Source: Candidatus Latescibacterota bacterium
GTDB taxonomy: Bacteria; Latescibacterota; UBA2968; SICM01
Assembly: GCA_965217865.1 (NCBI GenBank)
Contig: CBDCJO010000002.1
Span: forward strand, 3,168,001 to 3,232,000
Direction: 5' to 3'
DNA length: 64,000 bases
The translations under genes were made by a program, and so were the position numbers. Positions 1 through 10,248 of this stretch are shown here, in pieces (the stretch's first letter is position 1; every line of letters begins with the position of its first letter). Below the pieces are notes generated by a model. It searched no databases. It was not told the DNA's origin and saw nothing but the letters and a program-made list of their open reading frames with translations.

Positions 1-6
1 GTGCGC

Positions 7-486
7 TCATTGTTCTGGTGCTTGCGACGTTATTTTTCGACCTGAGTTTCGGAGGGGCGGACTTGGTACTGGCGGGGTTAGTTCTGGTTGTGGGAGGATT
101 CTCTTTTCTTGGGCTGGGCTTGATCGCGGCCACTGTATCTTCACAACCGGAAACATCGCGCCCTTGGGGTTTGGGACCAGATGCACCGCACAGTGAAATG
201 ATGGGTCACAATAGTTCCGGACGATCCCGTTGACTAGGTCCTGGTTGTATCGATCCAGCGTGGCGGGGCGGTTTGCGACCTCCGCCATACCCTCGCCGGT
301 TTCTTCGAATCCCAGCACAATGAAACCACCACCGTGATTCGCAAGGGCCAGGGCCGCTTTCGCGAAAGTTGCTTTATCGTTGTTATCACCTTTCAGGTCG
401 AGCCAGTTCTTTACCTCCAAATCGAGGTCCTCACGAAGGTCGACAAGCAGATCTGCAAGGCGTTCAGAGGTGATTTCTAGAGGCAT
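7..486 (-). pseudogene. AlbA_2/Schlafen-type ATP/DNA-binding domain protein, N-terminal part only; ORF runs into unrelated sequence near 135
   Basis: EDLDLEVKNWL...KAALALANHGGGFIVLGF AlbA_2 motifs; the tail after VVKI is non-homologous and proline-rich. GTTAGC lies just before the ATG on the minus strand (possible attC 3' end). Confidence 0.8.
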
Positions 487-523
487 TTCGTAAGCTAACC
501 ATTAAGCACAGCACCCCAAAGTA

Positions 524-680
524 GCGTGCGTGTCTGCGACGTGGATTTGAATCGCTTACCACCAGGAGGACCCTGATATGCCGATGAAGAATCCACCCCC
601 ATCGGGGCCTGTCCGTCCGTCACGACTGCCTGGAGCCGCTGGGACTCAGCGTGACGGACGCCGCAAAGAAGCTCGGGAGG
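524..680 (+). pseudogene. higA: higB 3' end plus frameshifted, truncated higA antitoxin 5' end
   Basis: MPMKNPP(+1)HRGLSVRHDCLEPLGLSVTDAAKKLG matches the HigA N-terminus; the second copy at 38.7 kb retains more of HigB (NWRVVFRFEG). Confidence 0.75.
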
Positions 681-681
681 A

Positions 682-1180
682 ATGAGAATGAGAAAGTCTG
701 TCTACGTGATACTGTCGGTTCTGATCGCCGGGATAGCATCGGCGAGGCCCAAGCCGATCGAGATACCGGAAGGTTACGAGCACGACAAGTGGAACACCGC
801 ACCTGACGATGCTATTCGTAAATTCGGGGCATTCACGAGTTCGTTCGACACCGACGACGACGACACGGGCGATGGCGTAAAGGATCTCTGGGGTATTCCC
901 CAGTGGGTCGCCTACCACATGAAAGCGTTTCGAGGCTTGCCGAATACTGGGAACCGGCCGGCTTGGTTCACCGACAACGGACTAAAGAACCAGGGTTTCG
1001 CCCCAACGGACGATACCTATAAATACTCGAAGGCTTTTCGAAAAGCCCATCCCAACTGGTACGTCCGCGGCCACCTCTGTATGAAGCTGCACGCTGCAAG
1101 GATCAGCCCCGAGGCCGAATGGAACACCCATACGATGCTGAACGCTGTGCCCCAGCGCCAGGAGTTCAATGCCGGTATCT
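682..1180 (+). pseudogene. Secreted DNA/RNA non-specific endonuclease (NucA/EndoG-like), 3'-truncated; called ORF extends to 1341 through foreign sequence
   Basis: Signal-peptide-like N-terminus, YVRGHL (DRGH-like) and NAVPQRQEFNAG motifs; homology ends where the opposite-strand HTH fragment begins. Confidence 0.8.
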
Positions 1181-1182
1181 GC

Positions 1183-1296
1183 CACCCGGTGGGCTGGAAA
1201 GCCTTTCGAGTCGACCCATCGGTAAATGGAATCCTTGGCTACCCGCAGATGGGCGGCGACCTCTGCGATCGCGACCCAGCCTTCTTCAACAGCCAT
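1183..1296 (-). pseudogene. Excisionase-like helix-turn-helix protein, N-terminal part
   Basis: MAVEEGWVAIAEVAAHLRVAKDSIYRWVDSKGFPAHRV, HTH_17-like. Confidence 0.8.
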
Positions 1297-1377
1297 CTTC
1301 GACTGACATCCTCTCTACAGGGAAACGAAGAAACACGATGAAATATATGGCAATCGGCATCCGTAGTCAACCGCACT

Positions 1378-1701
1378 TCAGACGTAGCGGCAGAGAGCGA
1401 GCGCGTACATCTCCCTGAGGTCGATGGACGGAGGCGCATCGAAATCGGAGAGCAGCCGGGCGAGGGCGTCGCGGTCCGCCTCGGCCATGGCCGCGAGGGG
1501 GTCGAGGGTGGCCATCACCGCTCCCGCCTCCGAGTGGTCCAGGTCGACGACAAGGACGGGTATCCGGGCGTCGGGGGACAGCACCGCGCGCTGCCCGGGA
1601 GGATGTCGCCTCCAGTTGCGCGGGTCGGGTCGCAGGTCTCCGGCTCGGACCCGCCGGAGCTTTACTACGCGATCACCGCCATGGGCATCGAAGCCGGACA
1701 C
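1378..1701 (-). pseudogene. Phage ParB-like N-terminal domain protein, internally deleted
   Basis: RVRAGDLRPDPRNWRRHP...IPVLVVDL...EA...MATLDPLAAMAEAD; the usual central DGHxR segment is absent. Confidence 0.65.
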
Positions 1702-1789
1702 TGAAGTTCACGAGTCAGGGCTTTGAAAAAGAATAAGTTGAGGATCTCTCCCATCCACAATTCGCGGGCCACGTGTTCGGTCAGCGCGA

Positions 1790-2030
1790 GTTCAGTCATT
1801 TCCGACAATCCCGAGGCCTCGCACCGAAGCTGGGCATCGGCTTTGAGGCCGGAACCAATCTTTGCAAATACTCCGAATTCCCCGTCCGAAAGGACGGCGG
1901 ATGGATGGGAAGCCATTTCAGCCAGATCTTGAATCTCCTTAACGTACCACTTCCGCCCGAGATGGTCGCTCACACTCCGCTCGATTTGACTTCTGTGACC
2001 AAGCAACTCGCCAACATGTGGATTCTTCAT
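1790..2030 (-). pseudogene. Fructosamine-kinase/APH-like protein, N-terminal fragment (cassette gene after attC)
   Basis: ASHPSAVLSDGEFGVFAK...QLRCEASGL. Confidence 0.55.
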
Positions 2031-2119
2031 GGCTATTTTGGGACTATTACAGAGGGATGGCACTTCAGCGTTACTATGGACACTGCGGTCGCGTCGATGA
2101 TTGCTCGTTATCCAATTTC

Positions 2120-2204
2120 GTATATCGTTCCCGCGGTGCACGAACCTGCGAAGCAGGTTGGAGCGAAGCCCGTCAGGGCTGAGCCGTGCACCGACGTGTT
2201 AAAT
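2120..2204 (-). other. Integron attC-like site with degenerate crossover (GAT instead of GTT)
   Basis: Minus strand ATTTAAC-acgt-CGGTGCAC...GTGCACCG-cgggaac-GATATAC, between co-oriented genes. Confidence 0.65.
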
Positions 2205-2324
2205 ACTGTTGTGGCCGGGGTGAAGTGTGGTATTGCAAGCCGGGCAAGATCGTACCACCGAGAAGTTATCCCTCTCAAGGTCATGAATCAGCCTGCGGCT
2301 TGTTTGGATTCTCTTGTGAGCGTT

Positions 2325-3404
2325 TCAGCCCTTCGGCAACGTCTCCAGAAGCTGAGTCAGATCTACTAGAAGTCGATCCTGGCACGTACTCCGCCCGCTG
2401 TCTTCTTCCTTGGAAGACTCGATGCCCGCAAGAGCGCAATCGGACCAACGGTTCAACCCAGCAATGATGCTCGCTTGCCATAGCATGCGTGTCTCACCCA
2501 TTAGCGTATCCAAGGGGACAGACTCTCCCCCCGCGCCAAGGTACTGTTGTAGATAATGATCGGCGAGTTCCCTCGTTTTGTGTCCTCTCTTCAGCACTCG
2601 GTTGGGAACCCCCAACCAAGGGGCTACATCAACGAAGCGGGGTCCTAATCCTGTCGTCCTGAGGTCGAAAACCACCATTTCTCCTGTTTCCGGCCTTCGG
2701 CCAATCTGCTCTGGCGTATACTCGTTGTGAGTGTATCCACGTTCCATTGTGGGCACATTCCTGCCCAATGACTCCGCCAAAGACAGAAGCGCATCCCTCC
2801 GGGTCGGCGAACACAGCGTTGCTATGTTCGTACCCAATTGACCGCTGGCGGCGGTGGACCATATCACGTCGATCGCATGCCTCCCCCTAGCTATCATACG
2901 ATCCCACGCAAAGTAGTAGAGCCCATTACCATATTCGCCTTCGGGCCGGAGGGCGTTCATACGGGCGGCAAGTTCTAAGAATGCGCTGAGGCTGTCTGGG
3001 GTGTCCAGCAGTCGGCTACCCTGGATATTCGGCTGCACATCCTCCAGAAAGAGCACCTCCATTTGCTGGTCGTCCAGCAGCGATCCGTACATAGTGGGCA
3101 CTGGTAGCTGATTTCTGTTTAAGTATTCGTAGTGTGGTGTTTCCTTAAACCCCCCGTGGCCTGACTGGCGTTTAACGAATAAGGTGACATCTCCATTGAG
3201 CTGGTCAACTGACTTGAATGACAGGGAGATAGTACACTTCTCACCACAACATCCATACTCTGGCCAGTCCCGAGACAAGACGTCTGGTCTGACAGAAGAG
3301 ACGGGGCCACCCGAAGCATTCTCAGCTACGTCCTGTAGTACAGAGTCTCGCAGACCCAAGACATAGTGACCAAGTTCAACGGAACCTGGGTTGTCATCAG
3401 CCAT
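2325..3404 (-). CDS. Aminoglycoside-phosphotransferase-like (APH/choline kinase fold) protein with atypical catalytic loop
   Basis: LFVK, LPVPTMYG, LFLED, THNEYTPEQI and VVFDL...GPRFVDVA motifs; 359 aa, intact. Confidence 0.75.
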   Translation of the reverse strand: MADDNPGSVELGHYVLGLRDSVLQDVAENASGGPVSSVRPDVLSRDWPEYGCCGEKCTISLSFKSVDQLNGDVTLFVKRQSGHGGFKETPHYEYLNRNQLPVPTMYGSLLDDQQMEVLFLEDVQPNIQGSRLLDTPDSLSAFLELAARMNALRPEGEYGNGLYYFAWDRMIARGRHAIDVIWSTAASGQLGTNIATLCSPTRRDALLSLAESLGRNVPTMERGYTHNEYTPEQIGRRPETGEMVVFDLRTTGLGPRFVDVAPWLGVPNRVLKRGHKTRELADHYLQQYLGAGGESVPLDTLMGETRMLWQASIIAGLNRWSDCALAGIESSKEEDSGRSTCQDRLLVDLTQLLETLPKG

Positions 3405-3551
3405 ATGAGGCCACCGTGGCTAACCTACTTGGGGGGTTCTCTCAAGGGTAATCTAAGGGGTTGGGGGCCACAGTTTCATTTAACTATGGCATCTGCGATA
3501 CCCAGGCACGAGTGTTAATGATCACCCATATGGAGCCGTTCCGGGACCCGG

Positions 3552-4436
3552 TCAACGCTCCCCTGAAACCAATATCACGCTCTGCTTGAACCTTATCTGC
3601 TCACCACCACAATATCTGCGCATTTCCATCAAAATCTCATTGCGGATCTGTTCTTGCTTTTCGGGAGAATAGCCCTCTACGTGACTTTCAACCGAAAGTA
3701 GGCCTCCAATCTCCAGATATTCTCCGAACGTCCCAGTCCAGACTTCAGGAATCACACGAGATTCCGCCTTCACACGCTCGAATCCAATACCTTTCAGAAT
3801 ATACAACAGCGGTTCCGGATCTGCGAACCGGTACAGACCAGGCTTACTGAAATTTCCTCGCGCCACTTCTCCATGCTCTCTTTCATATTTCCCAAGGACT
3901 CGACGGATGCACACCACTCTCTCCTGCTGCTCTTCCGCTCCCCAAGCAAGGAGAAGGACTTTTCCCCCAGGCTTCAACACTCGAAAAGTCTCTTCCATTG
4001 CCTTCTCCACATCAGGGAAGTAAATAGCTCCAAATCGACACGTGATGACATCAAACGCGTGATCAGAGAAGGGCAGGATTTGAGCGTCGGCCTGCAGGAA
4101 ATTCAGACGGTTTAAACCCTTTATACGAGCGTTTTGTTTGGCTTCGCATACCCTCTTTAAGACCAGATCAATCGCTATGACACGGCCCTCCGGACCTATA
4201 TTTTCAGCAAGGGTGATAGCTGGATCACCGGCACCACTTGCGATGTCAAGCACTCGCATTCTCTTTCTGAGCTGGGCAGCTTGCGCAAGGAGTTTGGTAG
4301 CATTATCCCCTCCATCACTTCCCTTTCGAAGATGATGCGTCTTGATCCAATATGAAGTGCTGCTGCGCCACCAGTCCGGACCAGTCATAGCCATTCTTTC
4401 TGAATCTGAAACAGATATACGGTTAAACGATTCCAA
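3552..4436 (-). CDS. Class I SAM-dependent methyltransferase (UbiE/Methyltransf_11-like)
   Basis: VLDIASGAGD, ADAQILPFSDHAFDVITCRFG, RVLKPGG. Confidence 0.9.
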   Translation of the reverse strand: MESFNRISVSDSERMAMTGPDWWRSSTSYWIKTHHLRKGSDGGDNATKLLAQAAQLRKRMRVLDIASGAGDPAITLAENIGPEGRVIAIDLVLKRVCEAKQNARIKGLNRLNFLQADAQILPFSDHAFDVITCRFGAIYFPDVEKAMEETFRVLKPGGKVLLLAWGAEEQQERVVCIRRVLGKYEREHGEVARGNFSKPGLYRFADPEPLLYILKGIGFERVKAESRVIPEVWTGTFGEYLEIGGLLSVESHVEGYSPEKQEQIRNEILMEMRRYCGGEQIRFKQSVILVSGER

Positions 4437-4919
4437 CCTCGACCAATATCAATACCCTACTGGTTCCTCCTCCCCGGTGGAATTCCCACCGTAGAATCTC
4501 GCCGTTTCAAAGATTACGGCTGAGATCACGACCAACCCCCCAATGACTTCTCGGAGTGACGGCACTTCTGAGAGGAAAACAAAAGCAAATACGATCCCGT
4601 ACACGACGGAACATGTCAACAATTTTGAGACACTGAAAGTTGGAATTCAGTGAAGTTTCCGGCCGTCTCCATAAGAGGTGTCATCGGCAACCGTGGATCC
4701 CCGTGCAGGTATCGGGACCGGGTTCGATTTGGTATCACCTGGCGTAATAACGATTGGATCCTGCTGGGACTTATCCGAGATCCGGGGTGCCCTCGACCAC
4801 GTCACCGGGGGCGAGATTGTTGTCGTCCTGTGCCATTGTCGATTCCTGCTCACTCATCGAAAGCCTCCCGGAGCTTGAGTTCCTTGGCGAGCAGGGCAAC
4901 CGCGGCTGCGGCAGCATCT

Positions 4920-5077
4920 TCTTCAAGTGCGCCGTCGGGCAATCGAACCGGGCACTCGTAGCCGGCAGACCTGTCTGTACCGAGGGGCCTTACATCCTCC
5001 AGGATGACAGGTACGTCGAAGTGCCCCAGTAGGGATATTCGGTTTCCGACCTGCGCTGAAAGGGGATTCTCACCCAC
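4920..5077 (-). pseudogene. N-terminal fragment of a defence-island SNF2-type helicase
   Basis: GHFDVPVILEDVRPLG...YECPVRLPDGALEE resembles leaders of R-M-associated helicases; follows an excisionase-like gene. Confidence 0.45.
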
Positions 5078-5080
5078 TCT

Positions 5081-5251
5081 CTAATCGTCTCTCTCGTCCT
5101 GAGTCGTCTTGCCCGATGGGCTTTTTTCAGGCTCATCTCCGCTGCTGTTTTGCACCCACTCGTCCACCTCCGAGAGCCTGAATCGCAGCAACCGTCCCAC
5201 GCGGTGTGCGGGAAGACCCTTCGAGTCGACCCAGCCTTCTCCAACTGCCAT
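5081..5251 (-). pseudogene. Excisionase-like HTH gene with in-frame 60-bp deletion
   Basis: MAVGEGWV^DSKGLPAHRVGRLLRFRLSEVDEWV, compared with the paralogue at 1183-1296. Confidence 0.8.
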
Positions 5252-5483
5252 CTTTGACAGACCTCGCTTCAGGAAGAAACCAAAGAAACTCGACTACAAT
5301 AATATGAAACTCGGGCATTCCTCGTCAATGTATTTCCGGATTTTGGGGTAGAGCGGAAAAGTCGAAGCGGCGAGAAGGACTGAAGTCCTGAGTGGCACCG
5401 ACCCGGCGGTGGCGCTTCAGTTGAGGTCTGGAGAACTCGGTCAGTCCATGGCGCTGCGGAGGGCGGTAGCGACTGGGCGGGCC

Positions 5484-5835
5484 GTTACTCCGGCCAGCAG
5501 CCGGAGACGATCCGGCGCCGTTTGATGCGCGTGGTCTCGACCGTGTAGACCCAGGCGAGCTCGCGGGCACCGTTCACCGCGGGTCCAGCGCAGCCCGGAC
5601 CGGGTCGAAGACCGCCAGGGTCCGGGCCAGGTCGCTTTCATCCACGGCTTCCCGCTCAAGAGCGGGAGCCTCTTCCCGGAGAGCGGTCAGCCGCTGTTCC
5701 CGCGCTTTGGCCACCGTGGCCGCCACGACCTGTTGGTTCATTCCGATGCCGCGGACGTGCTCCACCACTACGGTTTCGATCCGGTGGGCGTTGGGGGACC
5801 TGCCCGGACACGACGACCGGCCTCGTTGCTGGGGG
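5484..5835 (-). pseudogene. Large serine recombinase C-terminal fragment fused to a gamma-glutamylcyclotransferase C-terminal fragment
   Basis: IETVVVEHVRGIG...DLARTLAVFDPV joined to VNGARELAWVYTVETTRIKRRRIVSGCWPE*; paralogues at 37.4-38.5 kb. Confidence 0.7.
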
Positions 5836-5922
5836 GACCTCACCCATCCGCCTTTTTATACTCGCTCCGAAATTATGGAATCCAACCCCCCCTTGGCCCG
5901 GAATCGCTCGCTGAGGCACGGA

Positions 5923-5982
5923 ATCCGGCCCGTGTGCGACTTTAATTCGGAATCCGGGCAACGGGATGCGACCTCCACAAAA
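5923..5982 (+). repeat. Non-coding motif, copy 1 of 2 (other at 24158-24220)
   Basis: ATCCGGCCCGTGTGCGACTTT...GAATCCGGG...GCGACCTCCACAAAA shared by both copies. Confidence 0.75.
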
Positions 5983-6395
5983 AAAGCAACCGTGGCCCGG
6001 CACAGCACCGGGTTTCGTTGATACCCTGGGGGCCACGGAGTCGAACGCGAGGATCGTGGTCGAATTCTGGGCCGACGACCTTCTGTTCTCCCACAAGAAT
6101 GCAGCGGATACCAGCGATGCAGGGATCGCGACCGCCTTCGTTGCGCAAAATTATGCGAATCGTTGGCGAAACCATAGTCGTGAGGGCGACGACGAGAGAC
6201 GTTTCAGGAAACACGGCGGGGAAGGCGGCAAACTCTAACGAAACAGCCACCATCATCGGGATCGTCTCCGGTACCGATACCCTGAAATACAAGGCTGATC
6301 AGCAAAACCCTGCGTTCACCGGCAGTGGGTGGCGTGGTGGTACGGAGCCCGGACGGGAAACCTCCGACGCGGAACTGCTCAAATTCGGGGGAACT

Positions 6396-6659
6396 GGTCC
6401 GGCTCCAGTGAATACATACCGGGGGACGTTCCCAAACGTCGAACCAGGCTGTTAAATAAAGCCGACGGGAAAAACAGAGAATCAGAGAATCCGGAGGAGA
6501 TATCTCTGCTCAGCGGACGCAACCCCACGGTTGTGCTCGAACACCGGGGGAAACGCTTCGAACCAGAGAATCGGCAGAGAGGGGAAGGAGGTGGCACAAG
6601 TGTTTGTGAATACGACAGAAACGACAAGACCCCGAAGGGTTGCCCCACGGAGTCTTGCG
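6396..6659 (+). repeat. Non-coding element-end repeat, copy A of 5
   Basis: Aligns by eye with 23533-23788, 27020-27386, 37592-37825 and (inverted) 50780-50959. Confidence 0.9.
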
Positions 6660-6789
6660 GCGACGGTATCGATCTTTGCATTCTTCTGAAGGATCTCGGA
6701 CTGGGTGTGGGCACTGGGGCCGTCGAAGTTGTCAAGCCGAGGCCGGAATTCTTAGGGCCTTTGAGACGCATAGCCGCACCTCACCGATC

Positions 6790-7040
6790 CCGGCGTAGGT
6801 CATGGAGCGGCGTTCTATAGCCGGAAAGAATGACGGTTTCGCCCGTATCGTATCGACCAATAACATCAAGAGCAGAGAATTCGCAATCTGGACGCGCTGG
6901 AACCGTTGGGTTATTTCTGGAAGCCCCTCTACGGATCCGAGCCACCGGGACACAGCACCAGCGCCGAGGGGCAGCAGTTCCTATCGCCAAGCGATTGACC
7001 CACTACAGTCCCTTTTTTATTAAGAGAAAGCTGCGAACCG
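6790..7040 (-). pseudogene. DNA adenine methyltransferase (D12/Dam-like) fragment, frameshifted
   Basis: AVSRWLGSVEGLPEITQRFQRVQI...ALDVIGRYDT. Confidence 0.6.
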
Positions 7041-7065
7041 CATAAAGAAAGCCAAAAATCGAGCA

Positions 7066-7337
7066 TTAAAGAAGTATGTTAATAGCCCGGTCTTGTTTTT
7101 CTTGGGTTTGAACGTCTGTTAGGATTTCGTCGGGTTTGGGGGGTTCGCCTTCTCGAAGGGCGTCCTCGACATCACTCCACTCGCTGAAAAGAATCTTCGG
7201 GTTACACATCATATAGGGAGCCTGATCCTCTTTCCGGGTGAAGGGGTAGACCAACCAGGTGATCTCGCTGTTAACAAAGGATTCAACTGGCCGGATCGAG
7301 GGAAGGGCATAAAAAAGCTCAGTATCCACAGCCACAA
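7066..7337 (-). pseudogene. NotI-like restriction endonuclease, C-terminal fragment
   Basis: FVAVDTELFYALP...NSEITWLVYPF; lies upstream of the MTase fragment on the same strand. Confidence 0.5.
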
Positions 7338-7339
7338 AC

Positions 7340-7558
7340 CCTCCGACCGCACCGATGCGTCGAGAAGCGGCCTCAGCGGGCTTCTACAAGTCTCCCTGGG
7401 GGAATCACCCTTGTATTCAGCTGCTCACGATTGAGGAACTCTTGGGTGGGAAAGGCGTGGACTACCCCCAGGCTGCCGACGTGACTTTCAAGAGAGCGCA
7501 GCGGGTAAGATCTGCGTCGTCGAAGAAGCAGAATCACCTGCCGGTGAAGCCCGATTGA
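7340..7558 (+). pseudogene. C-terminal fragment of a DNA methyltransferase-Mrr nuclease fusion
   Basis: MRREAASAGFYKSPWG...IQLLTIEELLGGK..DYP...VTFKRA. Confidence 0.6.
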
Positions 7559-7628
7559 AGTCCCCAAAGAACAAAGCGAAAAGTGACACGCTCTGTGGGT
7601 GCCTGCCCAGCATGGGAGACTAAAGAGT

Positions 7629-8534
7629 ATGCGTAAGGAGTTCGGGTTCTACCCGCAGCCGCTAGAGATCAAAGCGGGACCAGTCACAGTCAGTTCGCTC
7701 CCGAATATCGAGCGGACCGCTAGCGATATGCTCACCGACGATGGCATTGAAAACAACTGGGTCTACGCGCTACCTCAACAGCATCGTGAGTTTGTGAGCG
7801 GAAAAATCCGGGAACTCCCGTACGCCTCCCGCGTGTTCAGGTTGCCAAAGACGCATTTGATCGAACACGCGGAGGCCACGAGCGGGGATCACCTCGATTT
7901 CCATCTCTGGGCGCTGTCGTTCTTCGTCGGCATGCGGCTGACCGCGACTGAGGCGGGTTTTCTTGACGCTACTCCGCTCAAATCCGGCATGCTTGTCGAC
8001 TTCATCTTGCATGGGTCAAGCCTCACCCATGCAGTTAAGTTGGCCGAGGTCTTCTGGACCACGAACTGCGCTAAGCGCCGGCAGGCGCAACGTTTCGAGG
8101 CAGCAGTACACGCACTGTTCCTCGGCCAGAACCCGCAGAATCTAGGTTTCGAGAGGTTCGTGTACTTCTATATGGCGATTGACGCCTGCTACAAGTTGGC
8201 CCAAGAGTTACGCCAACCATCGAATTATCCCAGCCATGCTCGTCGGATCAAGTGGATGTGCTGTCAGTTCAGCATTAAAACGCCCCCTTGGGTTGATTCC
8301 GTTGCTGCGATTCGGAACGACACATTGCACGAGGCTCTGTTCGTGAGCGAACCGCTTGGTTTTGCAGGGCTCGGAGGCACCCCCACCAATCGGTATCTTA
8401 CGCTTGAGATGCAGGCGCTTGTCTGCCGATTGTTAGTGGCGCTGATTGGCGGAGCCGACACGACCTATATTCGATCTCCTGTGAATACTCGGCAGAGACA
8501 CCGCCTTAATCTGATGAGAGGATCAGATCAGTGA
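7629..8534 (+). CDS. Hypothetical protein with HEPN-like RxxxxH motif (possible defence nuclease)
   Basis: Intact ORF of about 300 aa containing IRNDTLHEALF; follows an R-M fragment. Confidence 0.55.
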   Translation: MRKEFGFYPQPLEIKAGPVTVSSLPNIERTASDMLTDDGIENNWVYALPQQHREFVSGKIRELPYASRVFRLPKTHLIEHAEATSGDHLDFHLWALSFFVGMRLTATEAGFLDATPLKSGMLVDFILHGSSLTHAVKLAEVFWTTNCAKRRQAQRFEAAVHALFLGQNPQNLGFERFVYFYMAIDACYKLAQELRQPSNYPSHARRIKWMCCQFSIKTPPWVDSVAAIRNDTLHEALFVSEPLGFAGLGGTPTNRYLTLEMQALVCRLLVALIGGADTTYIRSPVNTRQRHRLNLMRGSDQ

Positions 8535-8571
8535 GGCGGATCTGCCGCCGCCACAGTGGGAAACTGAAGCC

Positions 8572-8903
8572 ATGAGCGAGAAGGAGCGACGGCGGCGAGA
8601 GTACGAGAAGATGCGGAGCGCCTTCGAGTAGAACGACTGGCCCGTGCCCAGTCCACAGAAGTTCCACCACTGGACCCTCGCCCGCCAAGTCGACCAGTTG
8701 GTGACGGCCCGCGAAGCGGACCCGGACCTCGGTTTCATGGCGCGGATGATGGCGTTGTGCTCACTGCCCCGCACCAACCCCGGCCGCCGGAACCAGTACG
8801 TCCGGCGCAATGGCCCGTACACGTTGGGGGTGACCGCCGGGGTCAATAATAAGCTCCCCTACGGCAACCTGCCCCGTCTCTTGCTGGCCTGGGTCTGCAC
8901 AGA
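8572..8903 (+). pseudogene. repA: Plasmid replication protein RepA (IncW-like), in-frame TAG at 8629 and 3'-truncated
   Basis: GFMARMMALCSLPRTNPG...LPYGNLPRLLLAWVCTE. Confidence 0.8.
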
Positions 8904-9100
8904 AACCGACACCACGGCTTTGCTTCCGTCACTTAAGGCGGCCAGCACCACCAGCAGGACTGCCTTTTCCTTCTCCAGCCCCGCCTTTGACGTAGACTCC
9001 ATCTACCCATAAATACACCCCTTCCAGATCATTCAACGCTCGACTCTGCCAGACCTCCCATTCGGCCTGCCACTTCTCTTTCAACCGCGCCGTCGCGGAT
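8904..9100 (-). mobile_element. IS256-family transposase internal fragment
   Basis: VYLWVDGVYVK(fs)AGLEKEKAVLLVVLAALSDGSK. Confidence 0.7.
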
Positions 9101-9548
9101 TGTATCTATTCTGAGATAACAAGAGAAAAGCAGATAAAGGTCCAAGCAAGATTCAGGCAGCCTTTTTGATGGTCTGGGATGTTCTTTGCCGATTGATTTC
9201 TATGCGGCGCTGCCGAGCCTCCTCCTTTCGATCTTGTCGGTGGTGAAGCATCTTTTGATGCTGGCCTTTATGCCTCTGATGAGGCGTGACATACTGTATT
9301 GCCCCGTGATAGCTGTTCATGGTTGTAACTGTGGACGAAGGAAGCGATCAGGCCTTCCAGTTGATGGAATGTGAAGATGTCCTGGAAGCGCAGCCAGTCG
9401 TATTTGAATGTCCGGAAAAAGGCTTCGATCCAGGCGTTGTCCGTGGGTGTTTGATATCGGGCAAACAACTGCGAGATGCCCAGGTCCTTGAAGAACTGGG
9501 CCATCGATTTGGCCTTCATCCGTGGTCCGTGATCTGAGAGGGCTGTCA
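9101..9548 (-). mobile_element. IS3-family element type A, diverged 3' fragment
   Basis: Begins TGTATCTATTCTGAGAT like the full copies; carries several substitutions and an indel. Confidence 0.9.
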
Positions 9549-9690
9549 TGCGTGCGGTTGAAGGTGCTTTCTCAACACCTTAACAGTAAGCACATGGCGC
9601 CACAAGAGTTTGAAGAACGGATCGAGGTTCTCTAAAGGAGTCGGCGGCCTTGACTGGCACGTTGTTCGTATGAAATTTTGAGGGTTCAAA

Positions 9691-9948
9691 ATGCCAAGCA
9701 CATGGGATGAAGCGGTCTATAACATAATTGCAGCTCATAGTGGTGTTATTTCCTTACAGGAAATCTACCAAGACATGAAAAATCATCCGCTCGTAACGCC
9801 GTATCATCGGGAGCCATGGCAACCTGGCAAACAACCGCGCTGTGAGTGCTGGATAAGGCGGTCTTTAACAAATCTCACCCAAAGCGGTCAGGTGCGGCGC
9901 GCCGAAAAAGGTCTCTATATAGTGGCGAGGCCCGGCGTCCCTCTTTAG
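9691..9948 (+). CDS. Small hypothetical protein, possibly winged-helix
   Basis: RBS-like GAGG; intact 85-aa ORF. Confidence 0.55.
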   Translation: MPSTWDEAVYNIIAAHSGVISLQEIYQDMKNHPLVTPYHREPWQPGKQPRCECWIRRSLTNLTQSGQVRRAEKGLYIVARPGVPL

Positions 9949-10248
9949 GGAAAGCCGGTGACGCTGAGGCCATAGGTTTCGGCGAGTAAGCGGGAGACGT
10001 TTGGCGCATCCATGCCATACAACCGCATCACGGTGTTGGCAAAAGGGGCGGCGAGCAGACAAGTCGATGCCCACATTCGGACCTGCTCATCGGTCAAGCC
10101 TGGGGGGATCAGGAGAGCTTGGATGTCGCGTTGCGCCGCTTGCTGCTCGTCGAATGAAGCTATCTCGTCTTCTCTGCCGAGGGACCGCATATAACCCCCC
10201 CCTAATGGCGACTTGCTAGTTCCCCTGGGTCCGTTCGCTTAACCCAGT

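Noticed and set aside
4647-4920. Possible CBASS/SAVED-associated fragment
   Set aside because: Too short for a supportable call, and it runs into an IS-like end near 4610-4650.
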